Assembly: GCA_963663275.1 (NCBI GenBank)
Contig: OY760183.1
Coordinates: forward strand, 2,688,001 to 2,752,000
Direction of reading: 5' to 3'
DNA length: 64,000 bases
Origin: Chloroflexota bacterium
Lineage (GTDB): Bacteria; Chloroflexota; UBA11872; VXOZ01
Under the pieces are notes generated by a model. The model saw only the letters and a program-made list of their open reading frames with translations. It did no database searches and was not told where the DNA came from. A program made the translations under genes and the position numbers. Shown here piece after piece: positions 8,170 to 17,189 of the stretch. Position 1 is the stretch's first letter. Every line of letters starts with the position of its first letter.

Positions 8170-9105
8170 ATGCCCATGGAAGTCGATCCCCAAACGCTCC
8201 TGCAAGAGGAGGCGCTGCCCGCGCCGGAGCGGGGCAACGTCATTCGCGCCGCGGTCTGCCAGTACGCGCCGGTGCTGGGCGACTTTGCCACCAACGTGGA
8301 GAAGAGCGTGGCGGCGATAGAAGAGGCGGCCGCGCGCGGCGCAGACCTGATCGTGCTGCCCGAGATGGCAAACAGCGGCTACGTGGTCCACTCCGGCGCG
8401 GAGGCGCGCGCGCTGGCGGAGAAACCTGACGAAAGCCCCGCCGCGGCAGCCTGGCAGCGGCTGGCGCGGGAGCACGAGACCTACATCGTGGCCGGCTTTG
8501 GCGAAAAAGTGAGCGACACGGCGCTCTACAATGCCGCGCTCGTCATCGGGCCCCAGGGCATCATCGGCACGTACCGCAAGACTCATCTTTTCTTCGAAGA
8601 GAAACTCTACTACCGGCCGGGCGACGCGGGCTTGCCGGTGTTCGATCTGCCATTTGGCCGCGTCGGCGTGTTGATTTGTTACGACCTGCGCTTTCCCGAG
8701 GCCAGCCGCATCTTGGCGCTGAAGGGCGCGGACGTAATCTGCGTGCCCACGAACTGGGTAAGCCTGATGACGCCGGACCGGCTCTATGACGCGCAAGGCT
8801 TCTGCCAGGCAAATTACGTGGCGCTGGCGAACGCCGCTATGAACCAGGTCTTCATGGCGTGCGCCGACCGGGTGGGCGCGGAGCGGGGCATCCAGTTCCT
8901 GGGATGCAGCGTCGTGTTCGATCCCGGTGGCGCGGCGCTGGCCGGGCCGGCGAGCGGGGACGGCGACGAGGTGCTGGTGGCGGAGATGAACCTCTCCACG
9001 GCCCGCCGCGCCAAGAGCCGCAACGACCTCAACCACACCTGGCTCGACCGGCGCACCGACCTCTACGGCCCCATGCTCGGCCACCAGGACGACCCAACCG
9101 CCTAG
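8170..9105 (+). CDS. Carbon-nitrogen hydrolase (nitrilase/amidase superfamily)
   Basis: E-K-C triad in VLPE, YRKTHL and ICYDLRFPE; C-terminal DRRTDLY. Confidence 0.92.
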   Translation: MPMEVDPQTLLQEEALPAPERGNVIRAAVCQYAPVLGDFATNVEKSVAAIEEAAARGADLIVLPEMANSGYVVHSGAEARALAEKPDESPAAAAWQRLAREHETYIVAGFGEKVSDTALYNAALVIGPQGIIGTYRKTHLFFEEKLYYRPGDAGLPVFDLPFGRVGVLICYDLRFPEASRILALKGADVICVPTNWVSLMTPDRLYDAQGFCQANYVALANAAMNQVFMACADRVGAERGIQFLGCSVVFDPGGAALAGPASGDGDEVLVAEMNLSTARRAKSRNDLNHTWLDRRTDLYGPMLGHQDDPTA

Positions 9106-9120
9106 CCATCCCCTTCCACC

Positions 9121-9320
9121 CGTAGCGCGGGGGCTTGTCCCCCGCCTCCTATCATCTTGCCGTAGCGCGGGGGCTCGTCCCCCGCCTCTTGTCGCACCGA
9201 CGTAGCGCGGGGGCTCGTCCCCCGCCTCCTGTCACCTTGCCTTAGCGCGGGGGCTCGTCCCCCGCCCCTTGTCACCTTGCCGTAGCGCGGGGGCTCGTCC
9301 CCCGCCTCCTGTCGCAGTGA
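9121..9320. repeat. Tandem array of 5 GTAG-type REP hairpins (family B), 40-bp period
   Basis: CGTAGCGCGGGGGCT(T/C)GTCCCCCGCC at 9121, 9161, 9201, 9241 and 9281, with similar 14-bp linkers. Confidence 0.93.
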
Positions 9321-9479
9321 ACAAACACGCTCGCTGTCTATGCGCTTCGGCTTGATCCTGGCCGCAGGGCTGTACATCGGGTTGTGCCGCTTGACGAGGT
9401 GGCCGCTCCACTCCTTGGCTGTGAGCAGTGTATACTCATTGAGAATCGACCTCACACTCTTGAATCGAGGGAAATCATA

Positions 9480-10379
9480 ATGCTGCTCACCGCCGATACC
9501 CTGCGCGGCGTCAACGTCGCCATCGTGACGCCGTTCCAGGAGAACCACGACGTAGACCTGGCCGGAGCGAAACGGCTGACGCGCTTTCTCATCGACGCCG
9601 GCGTCCACGGCATCATGACCACCGGCGGCAACGGCGAGTTCCCGCACATGCTGCCCGACGAAAAGAAAGCGGTTACCGCCGCCATCGTGGAGGAAGCCAA
9701 CGGGGAGATTCCGATCATCGCGGGCACCGCGGCCTCAGGCACGCGGGAAGCGGTGCTGCTCGGCCAGGACGCCCAGGCGGTCGGCGCGGACGGCCTGATC
9801 GTGACCGCGCCGTACTATTTTCAGGTCTCGGAGGACGCGCTCTTTGCCCACTACGAGGCGATCGCGACGACCGTAGACCTGCCGCTGGTGCTCTACAACA
9901 ACCCGCTCTACACCGGCAACGAGATCACGCCCGCCCTCATCGATCGCCTGGCGGACGTGACGAACGTGATTGGCCTCAAGCAGAGCAACGCCGACTTTGG
10001 CGTGCTGATGGAGAACATCCGCGTGAACGGCGGCAAGATTGCCGTGCTCACCGGCATCGACAGCCAGTTCTACGCCGCGCTCGCCTCGGGCGCGACCGGC
10101 ATCTTTTCCACCGCCGCCTGCGTGATTCCCCGCGAAATGGTGGCAATCTTCGACCTGGCGCAGTCCGGGTCGTTCGAGGAGGCGCGCCAACTGCAACTGA
10201 ATCTGCAACCGCTCAATCGCTACCTGGAGTACGATCCCGGCTACGTGGGACCGTGCAAGGCCGCCCTGCGCATGTTGGGACTGCCCGCCGGGCCGGTGCG
10301 CGGCCCGATGCCGGAAGTTACCGCTGAAGAAGAGGCCGGCGTGCGCGCCGCGCTTATAGAGATGGGCCTGCTCGCCTAA
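9480..10379 (+). CDS. Dihydrodipicolinate synthase / N-acetylneuraminate lyase family aldolase (probably not true DapA)
   Basis: IVTPF, GGNGEF, APYYF, LYNNP and Schiff-base GLKQS motifs; ATG at 9480 follows GAGGG. Confidence 0.88.
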   Translation: MLLTADTLRGVNVAIVTPFQENHDVDLAGAKRLTRFLIDAGVHGIMTTGGNGEFPHMLPDEKKAVTAAIVEEANGEIPIIAGTAASGTREAVLLGQDAQAVGADGLIVTAPYYFQVSEDALFAHYEAIATTVDLPLVLYNNPLYTGNEITPALIDRLADVTNVIGLKQSNADFGVLMENIRVNGGKIAVLTGIDSQFYAALASGATGIFSTAACVIPREMVAIFDLAQSGSFEEARQLQLNLQPLNRYLEYDPGYVGPCKAALRMLGLPAGPVRGPMPEVTAEEEAGVRAALIEMGLLA

Positions 10380-10437
10380 GCGCCCGCATCGCCTAGCACA
10401 CTCTTGCCCCACGCACGCTCGACACATGCCCATCCAC

Positions 10438-10527
10438 CGTAGCGCGGGGGCTTGTCCCCCGCCAACACGCCGCATCGCGCGCTCGCCCCCCGCCGACCCA
10501 CCGTAGCGCGGGGGCTTGTCCCCCACC
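10438..10527. repeat. Two family B REP hairpins between convergent genes
   Basis: CGTAGCGCGGGGGCTTGTCCCCC at 10438 and 10502. Confidence 0.9.
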
Positions 10528-10566
10528 TCTTGGCGTAATGCGCGCGAACCCCCCAGGCAAGGGCGC

Positions 10567-12471
10567 TTAGGCCTCAATCGCTTCCATAATCACGCGCCCC
10601 TCGACGTCGCGGGGTTGCGGCACGCCCAGTAGATACGCCAGCGTCGGCGCAATGTCCACGCTGCGCGCCTGCCCTTGCAGGGCCAACCCGCCGCGCACGT
10701 GGGGACCGTTGATGATGAAGGTCGTGTGCTGGCCGCCAATCCCCAGGCTGACCGCGGGCAGGTGGCGGCCGTGGCAGGCGTCGAACTCAGGATGCACCGC
10801 CCACACCACGTCGCCCACCAGGTCGCCCCAGAGGTTGAGCATCTCGGCGTTCTCGCGCGTGACCGCCAGGGCGAACGGCTGCCGGCCGCTCGCCGGATCC
10901 ACGTAGTTCGTCAGCGCGTGGATGATCTGCCGCTGCACTTTCTCAAAATCCTCCGGTTCCACGATGCCGCCGGGATCGCGCCCCTTGAGATTGACGAACA
11001 CGTGGATCGTCCCCACCGGAATGGCCGCGCTCTTGCTCAGGTCGATTTCGCCGGTGGCCGGATCCACGACCAGCAGGCCGACCTCTTTCAGCACGTCCGC
11101 CGCTTCGAGCGGCGGCGCCAGGTCCGGCGTGCCGCCGTGGTCTGAAGTCACCACCACGACCGTCTCGTCGTCCTGCAACTCCAGCAGCCGCCCGACCCAG
11201 CAGTCCACCGAGGCGATGATGCGGGTCATGCCTTCCACCGAACGCGCCACCACGTCTGCCGGCGCGCCGCAGCGCGGGTCCGTCTGCGCCATGAAGAAGT
11301 GGTTGCCGTAGTCGAGCGAGTGCACCTCGGTGAAGAGCACGTCCCAGTCGCGGGTGGCGCAGAGATGGTGCGCCACGTCCGCCAGGCAGTCGTGGTGCAC
11401 GTCTACTAACTCGAAGTACGTCTCATCGTCAATCAGCCCCAGGGCATCGCGCGCCGGGTTTTGCAGGAACGGCCCCACGTGGGTATCGATTTCCGCCGCC
11501 ACCTCCGCGGGATAGGTGTACTCTTCCGTGGCCCAGACCTGCGGCATGAAGACTTCGAACGTATCGGCGTCGGGAGTGAGCGAAATCAGCTTGAAGCGCG
11601 CATGGCCCGTGAGCGCGCGGCCGCCAATCGTGAACTGCTGCCGCGACCAGTCGCTCCAATCCCCCACGGCCAGGTCGGCGAGCGCCTGGCTGCCGTCGCG
11701 GCCGGCGCACACCCGCACCCGGTCGTAGCCCGAACCGGCCTGCGCGTAGATGAGGCAGTAGAACGTGCGCGGCTCGGCGCCATCCGTGCCCCAGGCAGTG
11801 AGGTCTGAACGGCCCCGGGCCAGGGGCTGCACGACAAGCTCCACCTCCAGGGGCGGCTTGGCAGAATCCGGCAGATTAGACCACTGTTCCCGGTCCGCCG
11901 GCCGCGGTTCCACCCGGTCTACGTCGTCGCCGTCCTGCACCGTGCTGGGATCCACCGCCTCCGCGTCCACCGCGCCGCCGATTGGGCGCGGCCGCCAGTT
12001 ACCGGAAACCCAGAGATGGTACCCCGCGATTTGATGGTGATTCGCCACGCCGGGGCCGGTGCCTTCCACCTGCACCCCGGTGGTAATCGTGGGCGGCCAC
12101 GACATCTCCCACTTCACCAGAATCGGCGTCTTGCCCGCGCGTTCCAGCGCATTCCAAAAGTACTCCGATTTGGAAAGCTCCGTATTGACGCCCCACACCG
12201 TTTCCGTCAACGGCCGGCCGCGCACGCGGATGTTGAAGTCCATCACTTCGTGGGTGCCCGGCCACGCGCCGGTGGCAATCGACGTCCAGCCGGGCGGCGT
12301 GAGCGTGGGGAAGACGCCCAGCATTGGCCGCCATGCGCCGGTGTCCATCAGGCGCTTGAGATGCGGCGTGGCGTCCTGCGCCGCCATGTGCCGCACGATC
12401 TCCATGCTCGCGCCGTCGATGCCGATCACTATCGCTCGTTTTGCCAACGCTGTCTTAGACGTAGTCGCCAT
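10567..12471 (-). CDS. Alkaline-phosphatase superfamily / type I phosphodiesterase-nucleotide pyrophosphatase
   Basis: VIGIDG, PTLTPPGWTSIATG (Thr nucleophile), TSDHG, VNLKGRDPGGIV and VDIAPT motifs; ATG at 12471 follows GAGGAG. Confidence 0.88.
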   Translation of the reverse strand: MATTSKTALAKRAIVIGIDGASMEIVRHMAAQDATPHLKRLMDTGAWRPMLGVFPTLTPPGWTSIATGAWPGTHEVMDFNIRVRGRPLTETVWGVNTELSKSEYFWNALERAGKTPILVKWEMSWPPTITTGVQVEGTGPGVANHHQIAGYHLWVSGNWRPRPIGGAVDAEAVDPSTVQDGDDVDRVEPRPADREQWSNLPDSAKPPLEVELVVQPLARGRSDLTAWGTDGAEPRTFYCLIYAQAGSGYDRVRVCAGRDGSQALADLAVGDWSDWSRQQFTIGGRALTGHARFKLISLTPDADTFEVFMPQVWATEEYTYPAEVAAEIDTHVGPFLQNPARDALGLIDDETYFELVDVHHDCLADVAHHLCATRDWDVLFTEVHSLDYGNHFFMAQTDPRCGAPADVVARSVEGMTRIIASVDCWVGRLLELQDDETVVVVTSDHGGTPDLAPPLEAADVLKEVGLLVVDPATGEIDLSKSAAIPVGTIHVFVNLKGRDPGGIVEPEDFEKVQRQIIHALTNYVDPASGRQPFALAVTRENAEMLNLWGDLVGDVVWAVHPEFDACHGRHLPAVSLGIGGQHTTFIINGPHVRGGLALQGQARSVDIAPTLAYLLGVPQPRDVEGRVIMEAIEA

Positions 12472-12654
12472 TGTCTTGATGCTCTCCTCTGGGAACTGTT
12501 CGCTGGAATCCACGCCCTGCACCGTCATGCCAAGGCGTTACGTGCCAACACCGTAGAAAAACTTGGCTTTGACTGCCTGCCTCCGGTAGCGCAGGCTCGC
12601 ACGAAGCGCGCGCATAGCCTGCGTCCGCCGCCGTCGTGCAAGCATTAGCCTCTA

Positions 12655-12740
12655 GCAGCGCAGGTTTGTAACCTGCGGCCGGGCAAGAATCATGCCGGCC
12701 CATGCCAAACCGGATGCGGGGGACAAGCCCCCGCGCTACG
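12655..12740. repeat. Inverted REP doublet (family C GCGCAGGTTTGTAACCTGCG plus reverse family B), no terminal inverted repeats
   Basis: Same hairpin pair as inside the 162-bp MITE, but with a different spacer and no TIR or TSD. Confidence 0.8.
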
Positions 12741-12822
12741 TGCGTGCGCAATGAGGGACTTTCGTTGCCATCCGGTCGTTCCGGCACGCGCAGGAGTGAC
12801 GGTTGCCAGGCCGCCCCGCCCC

Positions 12823-13920
12823 CTAGGTTACGATTTCTTCTCGCGCCACCACGCGCCCGCTCTTGCTGGAGCGAATCGCCGCGGCGGTCATGGCGATCGT
12901 ATTGAGGTTGTCGCGGGGCGTCACGGCGGGTTCGCGTCCGTGCGCGGTCGCGCCGATCAGGTCGCCCAGCGGGCCCTGAAACGCATCCGGGAACCACGAG
13001 CCTTCCAGCGGAAAACGGTGCACCCGGTCAGGCTCTTCCACCCGCGCCGCGCAGACCTCGCCGCTGGAACCCCACACGCTGCCCTCCGTGCCGTCAATCC
13101 ACCACGTGTACCCGTGAGCGCCGGTGGCGCGGACGATGTTGTTGAACTGCATGCTTGCCATCAGTTCCACCCGGCCGCCCACCTCGCCAAATTCGATGTT
13201 GGCCGCGTACGTCAGCGGGTCCGGGCCGTTCTGGTCCGGCAGCATGGCGGTGGTGCAATGGAGCCGCGTCCACTCGCGGCTGCCCGCCGCCGGCGACGCG
13301 GCGAAGTAGCGGCAGAGGTCCAGGTAATGCACGCCGTGATCGCCGATGTTGAAGTCCGCCAGGTTCGTCCACCACATGTTCGGCTGGTCTTGAAAGGAGC
13401 GCCTGAGGTGCTGGATGCCGTACACCTGCCCCACGACGCCCCGGTCCATGAGCACGCGCAAGGCCTTGTGCTCCGGCGCCCAGCGCGCCTGCTGGTTCAC
13501 CGCCAGCGCAATGCCCGCCTCTTCCGCGATCGCGATCAGTTCCGCCGCCAAGCCATAGTCCATGTGCAGCGGCTTCTGCGTCAGCACCGGCCGGGGCGCG
13601 TGGGCGACGGCCAGCAGCGTCTCCTTGCGGGCCGCCGGATGCAGCGCCATGTCGATAACGCGCACCTCTTCCCGCGCCAGCAGGGCGTGGATGTCCGTCG
13701 TCCAGAATGGGATATTCCACCGTTCCGCCGTCGTCCGCGCCGCCTCTTCATCCAGGTCGCAGCAGGCGACGACGTGGTATCCGGCCTCGCGATAGGCGGG
13801 CAGATGCGCGCCGTTGGCAATGCCGCCGCAGCCGATCAGCCCCACGCCAAACTGCGCCAGGTCTACCCCGGGCGGCGGACCGGGACGGTAGTCTTCCGGT
13901 TGCAAAGAGAGGGCTTCCAT
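12823..13920 (-). CDS. Gfo/Idh/MocA family oxidoreductase
   Basis: GLIGCGGIA, QKP, VNQQARW and GVHYLD motifs. Confidence 0.9.
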   Translation of the reverse strand: MEALSLQPEDYRPGPPPGVDLAQFGVGLIGCGGIANGAHLPAYREAGYHVVACCDLDEEAARTTAERWNIPFWTTDIHALLAREEVRVIDMALHPAARKETLLAVAHAPRPVLTQKPLHMDYGLAAELIAIAEEAGIALAVNQQARWAPEHKALRVLMDRGVVGQVYGIQHLRRSFQDQPNMWWTNLADFNIGDHGVHYLDLCRYFAASPAAGSREWTRLHCTTAMLPDQNGPDPLTYAANIEFGEVGGRVELMASMQFNNIVRATGAHGYTWWIDGTEGSVWGSSGEVCAARVEEPDRVHRFPLEGSWFPDAFQGPLGDLIGATAHGREPAVTPRDNLNTIAMTAAAIRSSKSGRVVAREEIVT

Positions 13921-14003
13921 GGGGGCGCCTCCGTCACTTACACGAACTCTACGTGGCTTTCGACGAGCGGAACCGGGCCGGTCGGGTGTGTGTCATTCCC
14001 TTA

Positions 14004-14174
14004 GAGCCTGTTTACGATCTGCTTAGAGGGTGTCTGTGAAGCCGTTGCAAACCGTTCGTGCTGAGCCTGTCGAAGCATGAACGGCAATTCGCAGCCTCGC
14101 GGCAGTTCCGTTTACCCTTCGACAGGCTCAGGGCGAACATCCCTCGTGCAGACAAAACGATCGTAAACAGGTTC
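14004..14174. mobile_element. MITE type D (171 bp), IS5-like ends, carrying a family D REP doublet
   Basis: TIR GAGCCTGTTTACGATC / GATCGTAAACAGGTTC (15/16). TTA duplicated at 14001-14003 and 14175-14177. Internal CTGAGCCTGTCGAAG...CTTCGACAGGCTCAG. Confidence 0.8.
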
Positions 14175-14732
14175 TTACCGCACCGGCTCGGTCTGAGAGC
14201 GGCGCGCGGCTTCCGCGTCCGCGGCGAAATCGGCCCCGTCGTGCCGCTCCGGCTCATACGCCTCGTAGGCGCGGTCTCGATAGAGCAGCGGCACACGCGC
14301 CCTGCCCGCGCCGGCCGCTTCAACCTGGCCGATGAAGAGCACGCCGGATCCGGCCCGGTGCAAGGCGTAGACGGCGCAATCGAGCCAGCAGACGCTCTCC
14401 GGGAAGATGGGCGCGCCCGTCACCGCGCTGTCATGGGCAATATGCTCGAACACCGCGTCCTTGGCGGTGCCGGGACGGGCGAAGGCCGCGCCGATCGGCT
14501 GTTGCGCCACGCCCAGCACGTTCACGGCGAACGCGCCGGCCGCCTGGATGCGGCGGCACGTGGCGTTGCTCTCGGACACGCTGATCATGACCAGCGGCGG
14601 TTCCAGGGCAATCGACGTAAACGAACTCGCCGTCATGCCGTGCAGCCCTTCCGCGTCCCGCACCGTTACCACCGTAACGGGCTGCGCCACCTGGCGCATG
14701 ACGGCGCGGAATGTCTCAGCGTCTAGCGGCAT
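14175..14732 (-). CDS. Flavin reductase-like protein
   Basis: FRAVMRQVAQPVTVVT, HGMTASSFTSIALEPPLV, FAVNVL and PLLY motifs. Confidence 0.9.
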   Translation of the reverse strand: MPLDAETFRAVMRQVAQPVTVVTVRDAEGLHGMTASSFTSIALEPPLVMISVSESNATCRRIQAAGAFAVNVLGVAQQPIGAAFARPGTAKDAVFEHIAHDSAVTGAPIFPESVCWLDCAVYALHRAGSGVLFIGQVEAAGAGRARVPLLYRDRAYEAYEPERHDGADFAADAEAARRSQTEPVR

Positions 14733-14828
14733 GTGGCCCTCGTGCTCCCTGCGGCGGGACTTATATTCACTAACGCAGTCTTACGTATAGTATACCGCAC
14801 CACTAGGAATTCCGGGTTGCGGGCGCGC

Positions 14829-16205
14829 TCAGTGATGCCCAAGGTGCCAGTCCATCAGTTGTTGCTTCAGCCCCGCCGCCACGCCGGCCCGCGCGGGGTC
14901 GTGGTAGCAATTGCGCAGTTCCCACGGGTCGGCGCGCAGGTCGTAGAGTTCGTTGTGCTCGCGTCCCGGCGTGTAGACCAGTTTCCACTCAGGCGTGCGC
15001 ACCATCGTGGAAATCTCGGTCTGGCGTCCGCTGGCCGGCGGGCCGAACGGCAGGTTGTTTCCCCGCGCGGGATCGTCCACCATACCGGCGGGAAACGCGC
15101 CCACCTCGGCGAACGCCACGTCCCGCAGGCGCTCCTTGCCTTCCCACACCGGCGCGAACGAGCGGCCGTGCATATTCTCCGGCGGCTCCATGCCAATCCA
15201 GTCCAATACGGTCGGCGCGACGTTGGTGGAATCCGTGATTTCGGCCATGCGCTCGCCCTGGGGTACCAGGTGATCGGGACCCGCAATGAGGGCCGGCACG
15301 CGGACCAGGCAGTCGTACAGGGTGCAACTCTTGCCGAACATGCGGTGTTCGGCGGCATAGTCGCCGTGATCTGACGAATAGATGATTACCGTGTTGTCCA
15401 GCAGGCCGCGCGCTTCCAGGAACGCCAGCAGGCGCGCCACCTGGTCGTCCAGGTGATTGACCATGCCGTAGTAGACGGCCAGCGCCTTGCGCACTTCCCG
15501 CTCGTCCGCGTCCCACGTGCCGCCGTCCCGCGCCGTCTGTTCCTGTGCCGGCGGCTTGGCGGCGTCCGGGCCTTCCACCGGCGGCAGGGCGATGCGCGCG
15601 GGGTCGTAGCGAGAGAAGTAGGGCTCCGGCACGAAGAACGGCGGATGGGGGTCCATGTAGGCGATGTGCAGCAGGAACGGTCTTTGGCGGCTGCACGCCT
15701 CGACGAAGTTCATGCCGATCGTGGTCATGGCGCCGTTCAGGTCTTCATCCGGCGCCAGCGGCACTTCCGCCACCATGTGCTGCACGCGCTCCGGCGCTTG
15801 CTGGACCAATTCTCGCCGCAAGCGACTGCGCTCGCCCAAGACGCCTTTGCTGATGTCGTGCTGAAACTCGAAACCGCGTCCACCGCCGCCGCGTCCGCCG
15901 TGAAAGTGGCCGACCGCTCCGGTCTGGTAGCCCGCCTCGCGCAGCAGTTCCGCCAGCGTGATCTCGTAGTGCGGCAGGTTGTAGCCATTGCCGTGCACGC
16001 CGATGGCGTGGGCGTAGCGGCCCGTCATCAAGACGCAGCGCGCGGGCAGGCAGAATGGGTGCGGCGTATAGTAGTGCTCGAAGAGCGCGCCCCGTTGCGC
16101 CAGGTCTTCGAGCGCCGGGGTCTTGACGTCGGGATTTCCATACAGCCCCAGGCTCGTCGCCTTCTGCTGATCCGCCAGCAGCAGCACGACGTTTGGCAAT
16201 GCCAT
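14829..16205 (-). CDS. Formylglycine-dependent sulfatase (choline-sulfatase-like)
   Basis: PNVVLLLADQ, CLPAR (CxPxR), DPHPPF, SSDHGD and ELYDLRADPWE motifs. Confidence 0.92.
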   Translation of the reverse strand: MALPNVVLLLADQQKATSLGLYGNPDVKTPALEDLAQRGALFEHYYTPHPFCLPARCVLMTGRYAHAIGVHGNGYNLPHYEITLAELLREAGYQTGAVGHFHGGRGGGGRGFEFQHDISKGVLGERSRLRRELVQQAPERVQHMVAEVPLAPDEDLNGAMTTIGMNFVEACSRQRPFLLHIAYMDPHPPFFVPEPYFSRYDPARIALPPVEGPDAAKPPAQEQTARDGGTWDADEREVRKALAVYYGMVNHLDDQVARLLAFLEARGLLDNTVIIYSSDHGDYAAEHRMFGKSCTLYDCLVRVPALIAGPDHLVPQGERMAEITDSTNVAPTVLDWIGMEPPENMHGRSFAPVWEGKERLRDVAFAEVGAFPAGMVDDPARGNNLPFGPPASGRQTEISTMVRTPEWKLVYTPGREHNELYDLRADPWELRNCYHDPARAGVAAGLKQQLMDWHLGHH

Positions 16206-16265
16206 GCCTCACCTCTTCCTGATGTGTGCAAGCGCCGGAAATTCGCTCAGATCTGTTCCACTTCG

Positions 16266-16340
16266 TGTTGTCAGCTTGAGGAACGTGTTCATGTTGTCAG
16301 CACGAGGAACGTTCGCCTTGAGCCTGTCGAAAGGTGAACG
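16266..16340. repeat. Degenerate family D REP preceded by a direct duplication with 26-bp period
   Basis: TGTTGTCAGCnnGAGGAACGT at 16266 and 16292; CGTTCGCCTTGAGCCTGTCGAAAGGTGAACG at 16310-16340. Confidence 0.7.
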
Positions 16341-16449
16341 GAGTCGCCGCAAGGCGGCGAATTGCCACTCTAACTGCGACACGCTCTTTAACGATTCCGT
16401 GTTCGCGCTACCCCGTCAAGCTGAGCGCCCCTTTGCTTCTCATCGACTG

Positions 16450-16482
16450 AAAACAAAAGAACCGGGGGACTTCCCCAGTTCT
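16450..16482 (-). terminator. Rho-independent terminator of the infC-hypothetical operon
   Basis: Minus strand reads AGAACTGGGG-AAGTC-CCCCGGTTCT followed by TTTGTTTT. Confidence 0.75.
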
Positions 16483-16515
16483 CGTATCAGGCCGGGCCGC
16501 CCGCAATGCCCGCAC

Positions 16516-17175
16516 TCAGTCGGTTTCTTCCGCGCCCGCGTCCATGTGCGTTAGCAGGGCGGTTGCCCAGTGGGCGCGGCGCAGGCGCGCGGACTCGGCG
16601 CTGAAGCCGGAAGGCTCGCCCGCGAACAGCCGCTCCAGGCGCGCGTGGTCTCCCTGCAAGTAGAGCCGCACCTTCATCACGCCGTAGGCGTATTCGGGAT
16701 GATTCTCCGCCAGGTAGGCGAAAATCGAACCGGACGCCCGCTCGAACCGCTCCTTGTTGCCGGCGGTGAGCACGAGCGTCTCCGTCTCTTGCAGGATGTT
16801 GCGGGGTTCGATGCGCACGCGGCTGGCAACGTCCTGCACCGACAACCCCTGCTCCTGCGCCAACTCCCGAAAGCGCAGCACGACCTCATCGTCGCTCAGC
16901 CGCCGCAGTTCGGTCCGCGGCTCGCGGGACTCGAGATTTTCGCGGATGCTATCCCAGTCGATCTCCAAGTGCGGGTAGAGTTCGGACATCTCGAACTGGA
17001 GGTCGGTGGTGACGCGCGGCCGTTCTCCCAAATACGCCAGGAACTGGGTGCGGGTACCCAGGTCGTCCACGATGTCGCGCACCAGCCACGCCACCCAGAG
17101 ACCGGCCTCTTGCCGTCCCGCGACAGCTTCCGGCACCCACTTTATGTAAACATTCTCCCGCGCCGACTCTGGCAC
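16516..17175 (-). CDS. Hypothetical protein with possible XRE-like HTH segment
   Basis: 14 bp downstream of infC; LRFRELAQEQGLSVQDVASRVRI resembles an HTH. Confidence 0.7.
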   Translation of the reverse strand: MPESARENVYIKWVPEAVAGRQEAGLWVAWLVRDIVDDLGTRTQFLAYLGERPRVTTDLQFEMSELYPHLEIDWDSIRENLESREPRTELRRLSDDEVVLRFRELAQEQGLSVQDVASRVRIEPRNILQETETLVLTAGNKERFERASGSIFAYLAENHPEYAYGVMKVRLYLQGDHARLERLFAGEPSGFSAESARLRRAHWATALLTHMDAGAEETD

Positions 17176-17189
17176 AGTGCCGTCGCTTC

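Noticed and set aside
9121-9320. CRISPR array
   Set aside because: The linkers are only about 14 bp and similar to each other, the repeat is a dispersed REP found elsewhere in the window, and there are no cas genes.
9102-9647. 181-aa ORF with repeated GDEPPRYG motif (similar ORFs at 26473-26783 and 39740-40124)
   Set aside because: These are translations of REP/MITE repeats, not proteins.
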